Made by a program: the position numbers and the translations under genes | Notes under the pieces: generated by a model | What the model saw: the letters and a program-made list of their open reading frames with translations, nothing else | What the model was told of the DNA's origin: nothing | Databases searched by the model: none | From: an uncultured Verrucomicrobiae bacterium | GTDB lineage: Bacteria; Verrucomicrobiota; Verrucomicrobiia; Opitutales; JABDGR01 | Length of the DNA: 64,000 nucleotides | Reading direction: 5' to 3' | NCBI GenBank assembly: GCA_963765205.1 | Contig: CAVXVB010000009.1 | Span: 768,001 to 832,000, forward strand | Shown: piece after piece, positions 61,870 to 64,000 of the stretch | Numbering within the stretch: the stretch's first letter is position 1 | Layout: each line of letters starts with the position of its first letter

Positions 61870-63285
61870 ATGTATCTCGTCAAACCCAATGCCAGCAACC
61901 CCTACTACCGGGGCCGTTACACCCTCGGGCGCAACCCGCGCGAGTATGAGGTCTCGACGCGAACCAAAAACCGGGAGGTGGCCCGGGAACGGCTCAAGCG
62001 AATTGTTGCGGAGCATGAGCGCGAGGATGTCGGCCTGATCGCGCCCAAAGCCGTGCGCGAGGCCCAACAGCGCCCGGTCTTGGATATATTCGCTGAATTC
62101 ATTGAGGATTTGCGCAGCCAAGGGCTGAAAAACGATTACATCCGCCACGTCAAAAACCGTTTCCCCAAACTTGTGAAGGCCTGCGGCTGGAAACACCTGG
62201 CGGACATGACGCCGAAAAGCATTCAGGACTGGCGCAAGGCGAACCCGAAATACCGGGCGCGAACTATCAATCATTTTTACGACGCGGCCAATCGCTTCCG
62301 CAACTGGGTCAAGCGAACCTACGACATTCCCAACCCGATAGAAGGCGTCGGCAAGGTCAAGGTTAGCGCCCGGTATCCCGATGGCCCGCGTGCGTTCTCC
62401 AATGAAGAACTTACCCGCCTGTTCGTCGTGGCGCAGAATTGGAGGCTGCTGTATCGGCTCCTGGCCTTTACGGGGCTGCGCCGGCAAGAAGCCCGGGACC
62501 TCCAATGGGGTGACGTGGTGCTGGACGAAAATCCGCGCCTGCAACTCCGCGAGGATGCCACCAAAAGCGAGCGGGCGGACACGCTTCCCCTGCCGCCCGA
62601 GCTGGCCCGCGACCTCGCCGCCACCCGGCCCTGCTACTGGAAGCCCACGGATCGCGTGTTTCGGGAAGGCGTGGCCCGCAACCCCAAGCTCAAGAAAGAC
62701 CTCCAGGCGGCGGGCATTGAGTTGGTGGATCGCTATGGCCGTCCCCTGGGCTTCCATACTTTTCGCCGGAGTTATATCACGATGATGCACAACCTGGGCG
62801 TGCCGCCGCGTGCCGTGATGCAACTGGCCCGCCACAAAAACCCAAACCTGACCAACTGGACTTACACGGACACCACCAAACTGGACTTGCATAGCCATGT
62901 CGCCCGGCTGGAAAACTCGATTATAAAGGGGCCGGATTCAGCCCCCCCGGTTCGCCCCGATCCCAATCATCCCCCAAAAGCCGCCCCGGAGTCATCCCCA
63001 CCCCTGTCCCCCGGTCCAACCGGTAATCCGTGCCTTTCGGTGGATACGAATGGTTATGATAGAGAATCCCGGAAAATAACTTCAAGTGCAGAAGCGGCTG
63101 TATTTGAGGAGGATAGACCACCGCTGGGCACGAATGGCCACGCTGGGCCAAACGGTAAACTGGCGGAGAGGGAGGGATTCGAACCCCCGGTGGACTTTCG
63201 CCCACACAGCATTTCCAATGCTGCACATTCGGCCACTCTGTCACCTCTCCCGGTTCGGCAGGCTCATGCCGCAAAAGCAGCTTAG
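61870..63285 (+). CDS. Tyrosine integrase; the ORF runs through att and antisense across tRNA-Ser
   Basis: TGLRRQE, K, FHTFRRS, ARH, YT. Start taken as the ATG at 61870. Confidence 0.9.
   Translation: MYLVKPNASNPYYRGRYTLGRNPREYEVSTRTKNREVARERLKRIVAEHEREDVGLIAPKAVREAQQRPVLDIFAEFIEDLRSQGLKNDYIRHVKNRFPKLVKACGWKHLADMTPKSIQDWRKANPKYRARTINHFYDAANRFRNWVKRTYDIPNPIEGVGKVKVSARYPDGPRAFSNEELTRLFVVAQNWRLLYRLLAFTGLRRQEARDLQWGDVVLDENPRLQLREDATKSERADTLPLPPELARDLAATRPCYWKPTDRVFREGVARNPKLKKDLQAAGIELVDRYGRPLGFHTFRRSYITMMHNLGVPPRAVMQLARHKNPNLTNWTYTDTTKLDLHSHVARLENSIIKGPDSAPPVRPDPNHPPKAAPESSPPLSPGPTGNPCLSVDTNGYDRESRKITSSAEAAVFEEDRPPLGTNGHAGPNGKLAEREGFEPPVDFRPHSISNAAHSATLSPLPVRQAHAAKAA
63161..63250 (-). tRNA. tRNA-Ser (GGA)
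   Basis: 90 nt with a long variable arm; anticodon stem-loop CAGCA-TTGGAAA-TGCTG; CCA end. Confidence 0.96.
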
Positions 63286-63568
63286 CGCACCGATGGGTGC
63301 CGGGTCAATGGATTTATGCCGGAAACGGTTCAAATTCATGGTAGAATCATGCCAGAGGGCGAGGCGCACCAAAACATTGCTTCTGGACTGCCGGGCAACA
63401 AGTGCTCCCGCCCATAAAATGCGCGTTTCCGATGGGTGGCAGGGAGTTAGGGAAAAAGCGGGGCATGAGTGATGCTTATTTCACAAAATGGTTCTTGTCG
63501 CTGGCCAAGTTTTCTCTAGCGTGGGGCGGTTCACGTTTGCGTTTGGCCGGCGCGGCTGAACTCCAACC

Positions 63569-64000
63569 ATGGTCACCAACACCGAATTTGCCTACAATAG
63601 CAAGGTGGAAGGCGAAGTGGTCGTCTCCCAAGCCGACGCCGTCATCAATTGGGTGCGGCGGCACTCGGTCTGGCCGATGCCGATGGGGCTGGCCTGCTGC
63701 GCCATTGAGTTAATGGCCGCCGGGGCCTCAAGGTTCGACATTTCGCGCTTTGGCATGGAAGTGATGCGTTTCTCGCCGCGCCAGAGCGACTGCATGATCG
63801 TGGCCGGCACCGTGACTTATAAGATGGCCGAGGTCGTACGCCGCATTTACGAGCAGATGGCGTCGCCCAAGTGGGTGGTCGCGATGGGGGCCTGCGCCTC
63901 GACCGGCGGGATGTATCGCTCTTATGCGGTTTTGCAGGGGGTGGATCGCATCGTGCCCGTGGACATTTATATCAGCGGCTGCCCGCCGCGCCCGGAAGCG
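63569..64000 (+). CDS. nuoB: NADH-quinone oxidoreductase subunit B (partial)
   Basis: Hand translation: [55 protein letters not shown]. Confidence 0.96.
   Translation, partial: MVTNTEFAYNSKVEGEVVVSQADAVINWVRRHSVWPMPMGLACCAIELMAAGASRFDISRFGMEVMRFSPRQSDCMIVAGTVTYKMAEVVRRIYEQMASPKWVVAMGACASTGGMYRSYAVLQGVDRIVPVDIYISGCPPRPEA

Larger units (their letters stand above)
56953..63185. mobile_element. 6.2 kb integrative element with rolling-circle Rep at tRNA-Ser (tRNA-proximal)
   Basis: Lies between the att copy at 56953 and the tRNA-Ser 3' end. Carries rep, HNH, xis and int; CCTGTCCCC-type repeats near both ends (57034-57055, 62996-63016). Confidence 0.88.

Noticed and set aside
56953..63185. Inovirus prophage
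   Set aside because: No Zot/pI ATPase or small coat-protein genes are recognisable.

Overview
GC-rich bacterial chromosome window, most consistent with Verrucomicrobiota/Opitutales (inferred from PEP-CTERM, prepilin/H-X9-DG and W-x3-DP repeat proteins). The backbone carries purC, purD, an LMW phosphatase, rpiB, glyA, a divergent glgA, the start of nuoB, Tat-exported sugar enzymes, tRNA-Phe(GAA), tmRNA and tRNA-Ser(GGA). At least five integrated segments interrupt it. (1) A Wzm/Wzt polysaccharide cluster with a NusG/RfaH paralog and a GbsR regulator, ending at a probable tRNA-derived att remnant near 7.16 kb. (2) A ~1.4 kb element in tRNA-Phe with no recognisable gene. (3) A 4.2 kb tmRNA island with int, xis and an HTH + nucleotidyltransferase TA-like pair. 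(4) A 19 kb mobilisable element at tRNA-Ser with a MOBF relaxase, a nonsense-broken integrase, an MFS-methyltransferase-kinase-like-receiver operon and an orphan secreted-protein operon. (5) In tandem with it, a 6.2 kb element with an HUH rolling-circle Rep, an HNH nuclease and an integrase whose ORF crosses the att site. A broken type IIG R-M gene and a repeat protein sit between rpiB and glyA. The most notable unexplained signals are: two conserved cis-sites bracketing unrelated cargo in two related islands; a covarying triple-hairpin array beside the relaxase; a GGAC-AWWT-GTCC palindrome recurring in the island's intergenic DNA; and an integration-dependent swap of the integrase C-terminus. 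Many single-base frameshifts in short homopolymers suggest consensus errors, so pseudogene calls are tentative.
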